Below are positions 49,226 through 60,776 of a stretch of 64,000 bases of DNA, piece after piece. Source of the DNA: Heteronotia binoei (lineage: Eukaryota); assembly GCF_032191835.1 (NCBI RefSeq), contig NC_083237.1, forward strand, positions 19,902,001 to 19,966,000, given 5' to 3'. A program made the position numbers and the translations under genes. Position 1 is the stretch's first letter, and every line of letters begins with the position of its first letter. Under the pieces are notes generated by a model. It was not told the DNA's origin. It did no database searches and saw only the letters and a list, made by a program, of their open reading frames with translations.

Positions 49226-49482
49226 AGAAAAAGATATTGGATTTATATCCTGCCCTCCACTCCAAATCTCAAAGCAGCTCACAATCTCCTTCTTCCCCCA
49301 CAACAGACACCCTGTGAGGTGGGTGGGGCTGAGAGAGCTCTCCAAGAAGCTGCCTTTTCAAGGCCAACTCTGCGAGAGCTACGGCTGACCCAAGGCCTTT
49401 CCAGCAGTTGCAAGTGGAGGAGTGGAGAATCAAACCCGGTTCTCCCAGATAAGAGTCCGCACACTTCACCACCACACCAAAT
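49226..49482 (-). mobile_element. tRNA-derived Sauria-type SINE nested in a MITE
   Basis: Reverse complement of the family consensus. Confidence 0.85.
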
Positions 49483-49713
49483 TAAAGTGCACAATTGTAT
49501 CATCCCGAAACCATGTCTCTCCCCCCCGCCCCCTCTGTCCATGGAAAAATTGCCTTCCGCAAAATGGTCCCTGGTGCCAAAAAGGTTGGGGACCACTGCC
49601 CTAGGCATTCACCTACTTTGCCTAATGGTTGGGCTGGCCCTGGCTGCAACAGACTAATGTGCTCCTCTGGAAAGTAAGGTAAGGCTCTTTATTATTCCAG
49701 GGGAGCTCTAATG

Positions 49714-49850
49714 CAGGGGTGGCCAACGGTAGCTCTCCAGATATTTTTTTGCCTACAACTCCCATCAGCCCCAGTCAGCATGGCCAATGGCTGGGGCTGA
49801 TGGGAGTTGTAGGCAAAAAACATCTGGAGAGCTACCGTTGGCCACCCCTG
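49714..49850. mobile_element. Palindromic hAT MITE (137 bp, CAGGGGTGGCCAA termini)
   Basis: Near-perfect palindrome; perfect 8-bp TSD CTCTAATG. Confidence 0.9.
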
Positions 49851-50157
49851 CTCTAATGAATCCCCCACTGCTCAGTACCCCCTTGTGGCCATATAAGGCA
49901 CTAACAAGCATTGGCATTGAAATTCCCAAGCCTTGTTGTTGTAATGTTTAGCCATTTCCATAAGTTTTAACTTTTAGTGTCACTTTGCAATCTTTAACGA
50001 TCCAATCTTAGAATGTCCGAATGCTAGTAGACATTTGCAATTATTAGCTCCAGGGGTTTTCATAAAGAATATTTTGAAATCTAACCGTTTGTCGAATTTA
50101 GGAGGCAAGAATGTATCCCCACTTGGTTTTAACAGGAACCTGCCAGTAGCTGATACA

Positions 50158-50652
50158 ATGAGAGCTTTTCAGAGACATGCTCTGATTCTCCTGGCTTTCC
50201 AAGTGATGGCATCTGCACTGGAAGACTCTCCCGAGAAAACAAATGGATTTCTACTCTTCTTGAGGCAACACTTTATTCCTGACTATGTTCCCCTGGAAGA
50301 TGTGGACTGTAACCACCTAATGAGTGGTAGTATCCTTACCACCGGGAAATGCAAGAAAGCAAATACCTACATTGTGTCCTTCCCGGATCTTCTCCAGGCT
50401 GTTTGCAATTCCAAAGGAAAGCCCTACAACAACCTCCGGAAAAGCCTGGACCGCTTCGACCTCATTACCTGCACATTGGAAGAAGACATAGCCGAAGAGC
50501 TCTGTAACTACAAGCTGCGTCGCTTCTCTGACTCCATCGTTGTCGGCTGTGATAGATACGGGTATCCTGTTCATCTTGAAGAAAGTTATTTTCAAACAGC
50601 GATGGAAAAGGAGGCCAAAGCCAGCAGGACTTGGTACAACTATTTTTTGTAG
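50158..50652 (+). CDS. RNase A superfamily protein 'RNase-d' (164 aa), acidic, C-terminally extended, opposite orientation
   Basis: Acceptor ttttaacag| at 50135; MRAFQ... signal peptide; FLRQH, CKKANTY, PVHLEE; 6 Cys; AATAAA at 50760-50765. The ORF track's upstream 41 aa are intronic. Confidence 0.93.
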   Translation: MRAFQRHALILLAFQVMASALEDSPEKTNGFLLFLRQHFIPDYVPLEDVDCNHLMSGSILTTGKCKKANTYIVSFPDLLQAVCNSKGKPYNNLRKSLDRFDLITCTLEEDIAEELCNYKLRRFSDSIVVGCDRYGYPVHLEESYFQTAMEKEAKASRTWYNYFL

Positions 50653-51199
50653 TGTTGGACTAATTTTTTTTTTAAATGGCTTGGGTTTTTTTCCAGTTCT
50701 GACCAGGCTTCTTGATACAACGTCAGTACATTCAAATGGAAAAAAAGAAAGAAATGCAGAATAAAGGCAAAGTAGCCGTGTTGGAAAAGGAGAAACGAGG
50801 ATTGAAAAGATCATTTGCACTTTGAAATGTCAGTAAAATGACTTGGTATCCCAAGTGTTCTCTCTCTTTATTTGTTGATAAGTGTAACCATTTTTTTTTG
50901 GGGGGGGAATATTCTTTGTTAGCAGGGCTTTTTTTGTAGCAGGAACTCCTTTGCATATTAGGCCACACACTCCTGATGTAGCCAATCCTCCAAGAGCTTG
51001 GAATTCTAGCAGCGGCTCCTTTGCATATTAGGCCACACACCCCTGATATAGCCAATCCTCCAAGAGCTTACAGTAGGCCCTGTAAGAAGAGCCCTGTAAG
51101 CTCTTGGTGGATTGGCCACATAAGGGGTGTGTGGCCTAATATTAGGGGTCCCAACCCTCCCGCCCTAGCGGGGGACCCCAGGTTTTCCAGCCTCTTCCC

Positions 51200-51830
51200 C
51201 CGCTATCCCAAAAAAACGGAAGCGGGGGAAGAAACGGCGCGAAGGAGCGTGGTGAGCCGCCCCTTCTCCGCTTCACCATGGCTGCTCCTCCGAGATGGGA
51301 TCAGGCTGGGCCCATCTCAAAGGAGCAGCTGGGAGGGGGCGGCAGCGCAGCGGCATCGCCCGCGCCGCCTCTGAAGTGGAGTGGGGGGGCGACCCGGGGG
51401 GGGGGCGGGCCAGGAGCGTGGCGGGGGGTGGGGTGGGAGAGAGAGTGTGCCGCTCCAGGCCGCGCGCGGAAGTGCCTCCCCTTCCTGCTCGGTCTCCAGG
51501 GAAACGCCAAGCAGAGGCTCGCTCGCCCGCCACCCGGCAGCTGCTGGCTTGGCCTCCTGGGGGGTGGGAGCGCGGCTCCCAGGGAGGGCAGGTGGGGGTG
51601 GCTCCTTGCCTGCCCCCCAGGTCCACTTGGGGCGAGGGGGGAGCCGCTGGTGGGCGGGCTGCTGCCATGGCTGGTCCTGCCGCCGCCACTATCCGGATCG
51701 GGGACCAGCTCATCTTGGAGGAAGACTATGATGAGACCTATATCCCCAGCGAGCAAGGTATCCCCTCCTTGCCCTGCCCGGGGGGTGGGGGTCACCCGAG
51801 GGGGGTCTGGGCCCTCCTCTTCCCGCTGTA
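51200..51830 (+). promoter_or_regulatory. CpG island with RFX X-box and ETS site (CEP164-type promoter)
   Basis: Very GC/CpG-rich; GTCTCCAGGGAAAC at 51492-51505 fits the RFX X-box consensus of ciliary genes; CGGAAGT at about 51467. Confidence 0.65.
51667..51757 (+). CDS. CEP164: CEP164 first coding exon ([31 protein letters not shown]); no downstream exon found in the window
   Basis: Near-identical to the recalled human N-terminus [28 protein letters not shown]; gccATGG Kozak; phase-1 donor G|GTATCC; upstream acceptor ccccccag at about 51619. Confidence 0.9.
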
Positions 51831-54639
51831 GGGTTGCCAATCCCCAGGTGGGGGCAGGGGATCCCCTGGTTTGGAGGCCCTACCCCCACTTCAGGGTCGT
51901 TAGAAAGCGGGGGGAGGGGAGGGGAATGTCTGCTGGGAACTTTATTATTCCCTATGGAGATGTATTCCCATAGGAAATAATGGAGAATTGATCCGCGGGT
52001 ATCTGGGGCTCTGGGGGGGCTGTTTTTTGAGGCAGAGCACCAAATGTTCAGTACAGCATCTAGTGCCTCTCCCCAAAATACCCCCCCCCCCCAAGTTTCA
52101 AAATGATTGGACCAAGGGGTCCAATTCTATGAGCCCCAAAAGAAGGTGCCCCTATCCTTCATTACTTCCTATGGGAGGAAGGAATTGAAAAGGTGTGCCG
52201 TCCCTTTAAATGTGATGGCCAGAACTCCCTTTGGAGTTCATGATGCTTGTCACAGCCTTGATCTTGACTCCGCCCCAAAGTCTCCTGGCTCCACACTCAA
52301 AGTCTCCTGGCTCCACCCCCAAAGTCCCCAGATATTTCTTAAATTGGACTTGGCAACCCTACCTAATATGCAAAAGAGTTCCTGATAAAAAAAGCCCTGC
52401 TTCATGAAACATTTTTGTTGCTTTGTGCTGTCAAGTCAGGGCAGACTTACGACAACGCCAGAGCAGGCCCTAGACTGTCCGGCACCCTAGGCAAGGCTAA
52501 CTTCTGGTGCCCCCCCCCCTGCACTGTTAATGTCAACGAGTCACATGGGGGGTGCCCAATTGGGTGCCCCCAGAAGGCCAGCGCCCGAGGTAATTACCTA
52601 GTTTGCCTACTGGCAGGGCTGGCCTTGGGCAATGCCATAGGGTTTTCAAGGCAAGAGACATTCAGAGGTGGTTTGCCCTTGCCTGCCTCTGTGTCTTTAG
52701 AGGTCTCCCACCCAAATGCCAGCCGGGACTGAACCCTGCCTACCTTCTGAGATCTGATGAGACCAGGCTGGCCTCTCCTCAAAACACCCCTAAAGTTTCA
52801 AAAAGATTGGACTAGGGGGCCCAATTCTATGTGCCCCAAAAGAAGGTGCCCCTATCCCTCATTATTTCCAAAGGGAGGGAAGGTATTTAAAAGGAATGCA
52901 GTCCCTTTAAATGTGGCGGCCAGATCTTAACTTCAGAGTTCACTCATGCTTGTCAGTGTCCCAGAATCTCCTGGCTCTACCCCCAAAGTCCCCAGAGTTG
53001 GACCTGGCAACCCTTTTGTAGTTGATGTCGGAAGCTGGAATTTAATAAAGGGTGTCCAAAACTTCACAAGCAATCCTGATACATTGGAGTCTGTGTCCAG
53101 GTCCGGCTTCTGCCCCCAACTTAGCCCCTCTCCCACCAGGCAAGCCACAAAGAATCCATTACTCAGAGAGGAAGGCAGCAGCTAATCTAGGAGCAGTGGC
53201 CAGGCAGGTCTTGACAATCCCCAGGTCTCAGTGGGGGTTTTGCTTTCCCAGGCTCCTTCCTGCTCCCAGTCAGCTGGCCAGCGGGGGCAAAGCCCCGCTC
53301 CCACAGCCACCATGTGCCTTTCCACCTCCGGAGGCTACAGACTCCTTGGGATGGTGTGTCTGTGTCTTTAAGGCTGAATGGGGGCAGGGGGCGGGGAACT
53401 GGCAGAACAAGATGGCTGCTCCCAGTGGCTGTAAAAGCAGCCCAGACCCTCCATTGGTTGCACAGTCTTTTCAGAGGTCGTTTGCATACGAAAGGTGAAC
53501 TTGAACCTTTGGTTGTTCTGTGTTACTTTGAAGAAGTTGGAAGTTCAACTGGTGAGTAGATTCTTCAGAGTTGTCAGAAAGGGGGGGCGGGGCGGGGGAG
53601 GGAAATGTCTGCTGGGCACTTCTTTATTCCCTATGGAGATCGATTCTCATAGGGTATAATGGAGAATTGATCTGGGGGTATCTGGGGCTCTGGAGGGGCT
53701 GTTTTTTTAGATAGAGGCACCAAATTTTCAGCATAGCATCTGATGGCTCTCCCCAAAATGGTCTCCAAGTTTCAAAACGATTGGACATGGGAGTCCAATT
53801 CTATGAGCCCCTAAAGAAGGTGCCACTATCCTTTATTTCTAATGTAGGGAAGGCATTTAAAGGTGTGAGGTTCCTTTAAATGTGATGTCCAGAAGTCCCT
53901 TTGGAGTTCAATTGTGCGTGTCACAACATTGCTCCTGGCTCCGCCCCAATGTCTCCTGGCTCCACCCCCAAAGTCTCCTGGTTCCACCACCAAAGTCCCC
54001 AGATATTTCTTGAATTGGCCTTGGCAACCCTACCAGGCAGTGAAAGGCCCCAACCAAGTAGTCATCCTTGTTATTGCCAAAGAGGAAGCTGGAAGCTTGG
54101 TGGCATATGGGGTGAACGCAGGCAGCCAGGAAGGGCCAGGGTAAGAAGAAGATGGAGGAGGGAGGCTGGGCCTGATACCTTTACAGCCCAAGAGGAACAG
54201 CAAAGGGCAGACAACCCTCAGAGTGGTTTCCACTCTCCTGCTGCCACTTGCAGGAAGAGGTGGGCCCAAACCCTACATGTACCCAAGGTCCAGGGGGTGA
54301 GGCCAAGGGTGGTATATTAGGGAGGCTTCCAAGCCAGGCTGGAGCCAGGCTGGGGAGGAAAAACTGGGTGGAGCACACAGACCTAGATAGTGAGAGGGAG
54401 CAAGGGTGTGCTCACTTGGAGCGGAGGAAGAGAACCAAGGTGCCTGAGCTCCTTCTTCCCATTCTGAGGCCAGCAGAGATGCTGGTCTGAATTAGGGATG
54501 TTGGCCTCCAGGTGGGATAGGGGGATCTCCTGGAATTGCAGCTCATCCCCAGACTTCAGAGTCTGGAGCTTTGGAGGGTGGACTTGATGGAATTCTGCCC
54601 CACTGAGGTCATCCCCAGGCTCCATCCCTGAATCTCCTG

Positions 54640-56392
54640 GGCCGTTTTCGCACTAGCGTTTACTCCGGGGTGGCATCCCATTTAGCTCCTGATCTTTTGC
54701 TGGTTTTCGCACATGTTGCTCCGCGGTCACGGTTTGATCCGCGGCTTCAGCAGTTTCACCCCGCAGTATCTGAATGCGGATGCAAGTGGAGTTTCCTAAA
54801 ACCTCCAGATCCACTCCGCGGATTTTTAAGTGGGAAACTCATCAGATCCGCATCGACTGCTTTGGGGCGGCACCCTCCTCTGCCTTTCAGTCCTCCCACT
54901 CCATCCCTACGCTGCTGGCCTGGCCAATCATCAGCCGTGTTCATGGTGCTTCCAAAACGTGCCTGCCCAGCCATTTTTTTCTTCATTTCAGTTCCTTGCG
55001 TAACAGCGATATTTCACAGCTACGAAATTTCGATCCCTGCAGACATAAGTGTTGGGGGGGCGGGGGTGGAATCTAGTGCCGGCGTGGGCCAAAGCGAAGC
55101 AGCGGCTTGGTTCCCTGGGGCCAGGAGAACCTGCCAGCTTGAGCGGCCCCATCTGCGCTCCGAATTCACGCTGCGCCAGCCAGCTCCCCAGCCAGGCGTG
55201 GCGGAGGCGCAGCTGGGAGCGCATGTGCCAGGCGGGCCCTGGAGCGCACTTGCGGCGGCCACCGCGCCCCACTCATGCCTCCCGCGGGCTTGGCATGCCC
55301 CTCGGGACGGCAGCAGCACCCGAGCGGACTCGCCCCTCAAGAGCTACGCCTCGGCTTCATGGAGAGACGGGACGGGACAAGACGAGAGAGCCCCGGGAGC
55401 GCCTGGCCTCCTTCCTCGCCTGCTCCGTGGTTGCGCAGCTGGAGGCGGACCCTGGCCCCCTGCTCGCTCGCCTGGGCTCCGCTGCCGCTCCTGCTGCCCA
55501 GCTCCTAATCGCTGGCTCACAGCACACACTGCCTCTCTCTACTCCTCTGCCTTGAAATTTTATACCTCCCTCCCATGACATCTCTGAGACCGGGATGGGG
55601 AAAGGGGGAGCCAAAGAGGGTTCTCCAAGCCCAACCTTCACATCCAGCACAGTTTTAATGTGTTCAACAGGCGCGTCTTGTGGAAAGGCCGGGAGGGAGC
55701 AAGGCTGGGAAGGGAAGAAGCTGCCACACACACACACACACACACAAACACCCTCTCTCTCTCTCTTGATTGCCCCTCGATTTCTCTCTCTCTCTTCAGG
55801 CTGTCAGCGTTATTGCGATATTTCGCAACTCCGGAATTTGGTCATACGGAACTACAGAATCAGGGTCGATCCCTGCGGACATAAGTGTTGGGGGGGGGGG
55901 AATCTAGTGCTGGGAGGCTTCTCATGGAAGTGAGACTCCTTGCATATGCATTAATCAGTTGGCGTCCAGCGTACAGGCACAAAAGCAAAACCTCCACTCT
56001 GGAATAAAGACACGCCACAGGCTTGTTATCCAGATTCTCCACTGTGAATGCTTCTGTCAATACATAAAGGGCTGTGGAGGATGCTACAGCTGCAGCCAAT
56101 CCATAAGCAGAAGCGGCACACGTAATGCGGTTTGCCCACGAAAAGAAGGGGAAGGAACAGCTGTGACCGCTCATTGTTACGTTGTTATGTAGTAACGCAA
56201 CCAGACTTGCGCTTAAAAAAAAAAGATTGACAGGGCATCGAACTCAAGTCGATGCTAGTGCGAAAACGATTTGAGCCGGGGCTTCATGGAAAGCGACTGC
56301 GCAAAAGAGACAATGTGCGAAAACGAGGAAAATGATCCGGACATATTTCCTCCGCGGAATACCGGTAGCAAACGCTAAGTGCGAAAACGCCC
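54640..56392. mobile_element. Non-autonomous PIF/Harbinger-type DNA transposon (1753 bp) nested in a MITE
   Basis: 14-bp TIRs GGCCGTTTTCGCAC / GGGCGTTTTCGCAC; 3-bp TSD CTG at 54637-54639 and 56393-56395; subterminal copies of the TIR motif. Confidence 0.8.
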
Positions 56393-57846
56393 CTGGAGTT
56401 TTCCAGCTTAGATGGAACACTGCCTGGAAGGCAGAAACACATCCCACCACCCTTGCCAGTTGCCAGGCTGAAGCCCTGGGGTGACAACAGCTGGTACCTG
56501 CAACCAACACATGCCAGAAACTGCCCATATTGTGCAGCATTCTCAGCCATATGGACTAGAAACATTTTTTTTAAAAAAAGTATGGTTCCAAAGATGGTTG
56601 AAAACCTGAAACTGCCTTAGGGTTGCCAAGTCCAATTCAAGTAATATCTGGGGACTTTGGTGGCGGAGCCAGGAGACATTGGGGGTGGAGCCAGGAGACA
56701 TTGGGGGTGGAGCCAGGAACAAGGGTGTGACAAGCATAATTGAACTCCAAGGGTGTTCTGGCCATCACATTTAAAGGGGCAGCACACCTTTTCAAATGCC
56801 TTTCTTCCATAAGAAATAATGAAGGATAGGTGCACCATATTTTGGGGCTCATAGAATTGGACCCCCTGGTCCAATCGTTTTGAAACTTGGGGGGTATTTT
56901 GGGGAGAGGCACTAATGCTATACTAAAAATTTGGTGCCTCTACCTCAAAAAAAGCCCCCCCCCAATACCCGCGAATCAATTCGCCATTATTCCCTATGGG
57001 AATCGTTCTCCATAGGGAATAATAGAGTGCCCAGTAGACATTTCCCTCCCCCCTCACACTTTCTAAAGCAGGGGGAGGGCCTCCAAACCAGGGAATCCCC
57101 TGCCCCCTCCCTCTCTCTCACACACAAATACTGGGTCTTGTTCCTGCAGAACTTTACTTGCTCTGAAAACAAAAGCAAAAGAAAGGGAGGGGCCGTTATC
57201 TGAGGAAACTGTTACTGATCCTTTCCCATGAAGCTTTTCCTGTTTCCTGCTTCCTGCTCAGTCTTGAGGGCACACATTTTAAAAATGGACCTGTTTGCAG
57301 GTTTCTAAACCTGCAGGAGCTCTAAAACTACAGGATGACTGTGGGGGCAGGGCTTCCCCCGCCGCCCAGCTGTCTGGGGGCGGGGAGAAGCCTGTAAAAA
57401 CGGGGGATCCCCTGCTGGGACCTGGGGATTGGGAAGCCTACTTAGACTGAATCCAACCCTTGATCCATCAAGGTCAATCTTGTCTACTCAGATTGCTCTC
57501 CAGGGGCTCAGGCAGAGGTCTTTCCCACCACCTGGCCCTTTTAGCTGGAGATGCTGAGATTGAACCTGGGACCTTCTGCATGACAAAGCAGAGCTTCTTC
57601 CACCGAGCCTCAGCCCCGCCCCACATAGGTGGCTCTGTCTCAGCTACCAACTCCCACACTTGTGCAGAGAAACGATGGGTGTGCCCTGTTTGGAAACCAG
57701 ATTTCTGTGGAGTTAGGATTCTAAAATACGGTTAGCAAATTGGTGTTTCTGCAGGACAGATCTGAGGGTCAGTCTGCCTGCCCAGTCTCTAGCAGCCAAG
57801 GGCAGATTCCTCTAGACTGCAGCATGCCATGAGGCCACACAAGGTG

Positions 57847-58110
57847 GAGAGCCAGTTTGGTGTAGTGGTTAAGTGTGCGGACTCTTATCTGGGAGAACCG
57901 GGTTTGATTCCCCACTCCTCCACTTGCACCTGCTAGCATGGCCTTGGGGCAGCCATAGCTCTGGCAGAAGTTGTCCTTGAAAGGGCAGCTGCTGTGAGAG
58001 CCCTCTCCAGCCCCACCCACCTCATAGGGTGTCTGTTGTGGGGGAGGAAGGTAAAGGAGATTGTGAGTCTCTTCGTAGTGGAGGGCAGGATATAGATCCA
58101 ATATCTTCAA
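57847..58110 (+). mobile_element. tRNA-derived Sauria-type SINE
   Basis: Full copy. Confidence 0.85.
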
Positions 58111-60776
58111 TATTTTCTTTCACAACACATCTCAGTTGAAGGGGGGAATCACAAGAGCAAGGGAGCTGTGAACATTTTCAGGGTCAGGCTCTCTAAAATG
58201 TTTGATAGTTGCGAATTGATGGAGGTTGAAAAGAGCTTTAAGCTGGGAAAAGTCACATGGGATCAGCCATCACAATCAACAGAAGACCTCTGTGCCTGAA
58301 ATTTGTTTTGGATTTTATGACGGCAGAATTGCCAAATCATACCAACCAGACCAAACTAGTGGATCTAATTTCATGTTACAGACTGAGCAAGGTACAGGGG
58401 TCGTTCTGCAGAAAAATAGGTGATGCAGCTCATCCAGGGATTGTTATGCAGCTGCACTTACTACTCAATGGACAAGGTGGGGAGGAGGAGGGGGAACCAT
58501 CAGAAAGGTTCAGGAGCTGTGCTCCTGTGAGCTCCTGCTGTGAGGTATAAACTCAAAGAACCCTTGGATGAGAAGCCTGAATGGGTCATGGATTCAAATT
58601 ATGGCTGGCCCTGAAAATAAGGGAAGGAAAGCTTGTGGGAGTAAAGAATCCGGGAGTGGGGACACTGGCCCAAGTGCTGCGGGGGGGGGGGGGGGGGACA
58701 CACCAAATGTCATGTTGATGTCAAACCTGCACAAAAGCCAAATCTTTGCATCAAAATAAGATGCAGTAGTATGAAATAGCCATTCTGGTGCTTATAGCAA
58801 GCTTTAGTTGCATGACAGTGCATTGTCATAAGATCCAGCTCTTGTACTGAAAGAAACGTTTTTTTTTCTTCCAAGTTGACACTTTCTCTCTATTTGTTGG
58901 GGGAGCTGTGGATGGAATATTTAAATACGCTATTCAATTAGCTTAATTGATTTTGAAACCTCGATCGACAAAACAGTTGCCTCCACTGAATGAACCAACG
59001 TATTTTAGAATATATTCATTTAACAATCATTTTTAAAATGTTGATTTTTTTTTTTTAGGAGGCAAGGATCCTATCAGAAGAGGCATTCTAGACGGAGAGG
59101 CATTCTATCTATGTATTTTCTGCAATGCTTTTCTCTTTTGTAGTTTAAATCAATAAAACTTTTAAAAAGCCAGAAGAGGCATTCTATTTTTTCATCCGTC
59201 TTTTCCTCTTCGCATGTATGCCACCCACGTGTAACTCTTGAAACAAAGGCTTTTCTTCAAAACAATGGTTTAATTGAGATGCGGATTCATGCACATTCAT
59301 TCATTATTTAAAAACTCATTATATTATCTGAAATTTCTTCGACGTTTCTTGTTTTGTCATTTGGTGACCCAAAAGGTGAGCCAGATCACAGATACATCCA
59401 AGAAGATAGAAAAGATCTACTGAAGAGTAGAAAATTTCCAATTTATCAGAGTTTAAAAAAAATGAGGAGAGTGATCAAACTGGAGACCGTACACTGAGAA
59501 ACAGTCTCCCTTCTCCCTCAGTTTCCTTAGATATATAGGTATATACAGTAGCTAAATGGAAATCGGCAGTACCACATCTGGCCACTGGGGGCAGCAGTCT
59601 GATCTAGAAAGGGCGCCTAATTATAAAAAGTCTTGGAAAGATTCAAAAACTACAAACTTATTTTGACTTAACAACACTTTAACTGTTATGCTTTCCCCTG
59701 GAAAATAATGGGAACTGTAGTTTGAGGAAGGTGCTAAGAATTAAGGATGCTTAGTCCTTTTACCTCACAGAGTTACAGTTCCTTGAGAAGAAAGAAATAC
59801 TGTTACTTATAGGCACAGTGCAAGGATGCTGAAGATCAGGGGTTTTTTTTCTGCAGGAGCCCACAGAAGCAGTGCTCCACGTGGGCTGGCTTGGGCTCTG
59901 GCTGGCTCGACCTGCCATTGGGCAGCCGCAGGCTCCCAGGTCAGGCGGTGTGACCTAATATGCAAATGAGCTCCTGCTGGGCTTTTTCCACACACAAAAA
60001 AGGCACTGCTGAAGATCAAATGAAAATAAGAGGCAGGAAGGTTGTTACAGAGTTGCCTGTTTCCTGCCACAGGCTGTAACTACAGCAGGAATTTTTTGTA
60101 ATGGTTGTTGGGCCAACAGTGTGACATAACTTCCAAAGGACCTCAGTCCTTTCCAGGAAAACCAGAAACTCTATGGTTTTGGCCAGAGTGATTCCTAGAG
60201 AGGTGTGACATCACTTTCATATATTCCTGGAAGTGACATCATACCATCGCTGACAGCTGCCTGCCTATGTCTTTGCCCCTCCACTTGCCGCTTGTTGCCA
60301 GGCACAATCTAGGTTATTATAAGTGATGACCACTAGAGAGTAGTACAGTCAAAATTCAAGCTTAAGGAGTAGGAGGAAAGGTTAGAACGGCTGATGGGAA
60401 AAGAGAGGTGATTATAACTAGGTGTATAGCCTCAGCACTGTGACCTGGATGGCCCAGTTGAGACCAATTTCTTCAAATCTTGCAAGCTAAGCTGGTTAGT
60501 ACCTGGATTGGATATGACCAAGGAAGCCCAGGGTTGCTCTGCAGAGGCAGGCAAAGGCAAAACACATCTGAACACCTTGAAAACCCTATGGGGTTGCCAT
60601 AAGTTGGCTGAGAGTTGATGGCTCTTTCCACCACCATAGCAATAGCAAATTCTAGATGATACATTAATGGGGAAGTGGAATATGTAATCTTTCTGAAGTT
60701 TAAAGTGGCTACATGGCATCTATTCCAGACCACACATGCTGACACCACTTCCAAAGACTCTTCTCTACTTGGAGAT

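Noticed and set aside
50035-50157. 41-aa N-terminal extension of RNase-d in the ORF track
   Set aside because: The track's start lies upstream of a good acceptor at 50135; the signal peptide starts at ATG 50158.
51273-51973. Multiple long ORFs across the CpG island
   Set aside because: Artefact of high GC content; only 51667-51757 matches a known protein and has splice signals.
54670-55578. 302-aa and overlapping ORFs inside the Harbinger element
   Set aside because: GC-rich and stop-poor in all frames; no DDE or Myb motif recognisable.
21464-57203. Recurring short ORFs (MSPKRRCPYPS..., MDQGVQFYEPQKKVPLSF..., MVKCADSYLGEPGL...)
   Set aside because: Translations of MITE and SINE copies; inconsistent frames and no domains.
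58590-58630. Candidate CEP164 exon 2 (FKLWLALKIREG)
   Set aside because: Only the WLA overlap; no acceptor, no EILEFAREIGIDP, and it lies in or next to the duplicated flank.
13200-60700. Additional RNase pseudogenes between the five genes
   Set aside because: No further CKxxNxF or PVH remnants seen by eye; tBLASTn could still find decayed copies.
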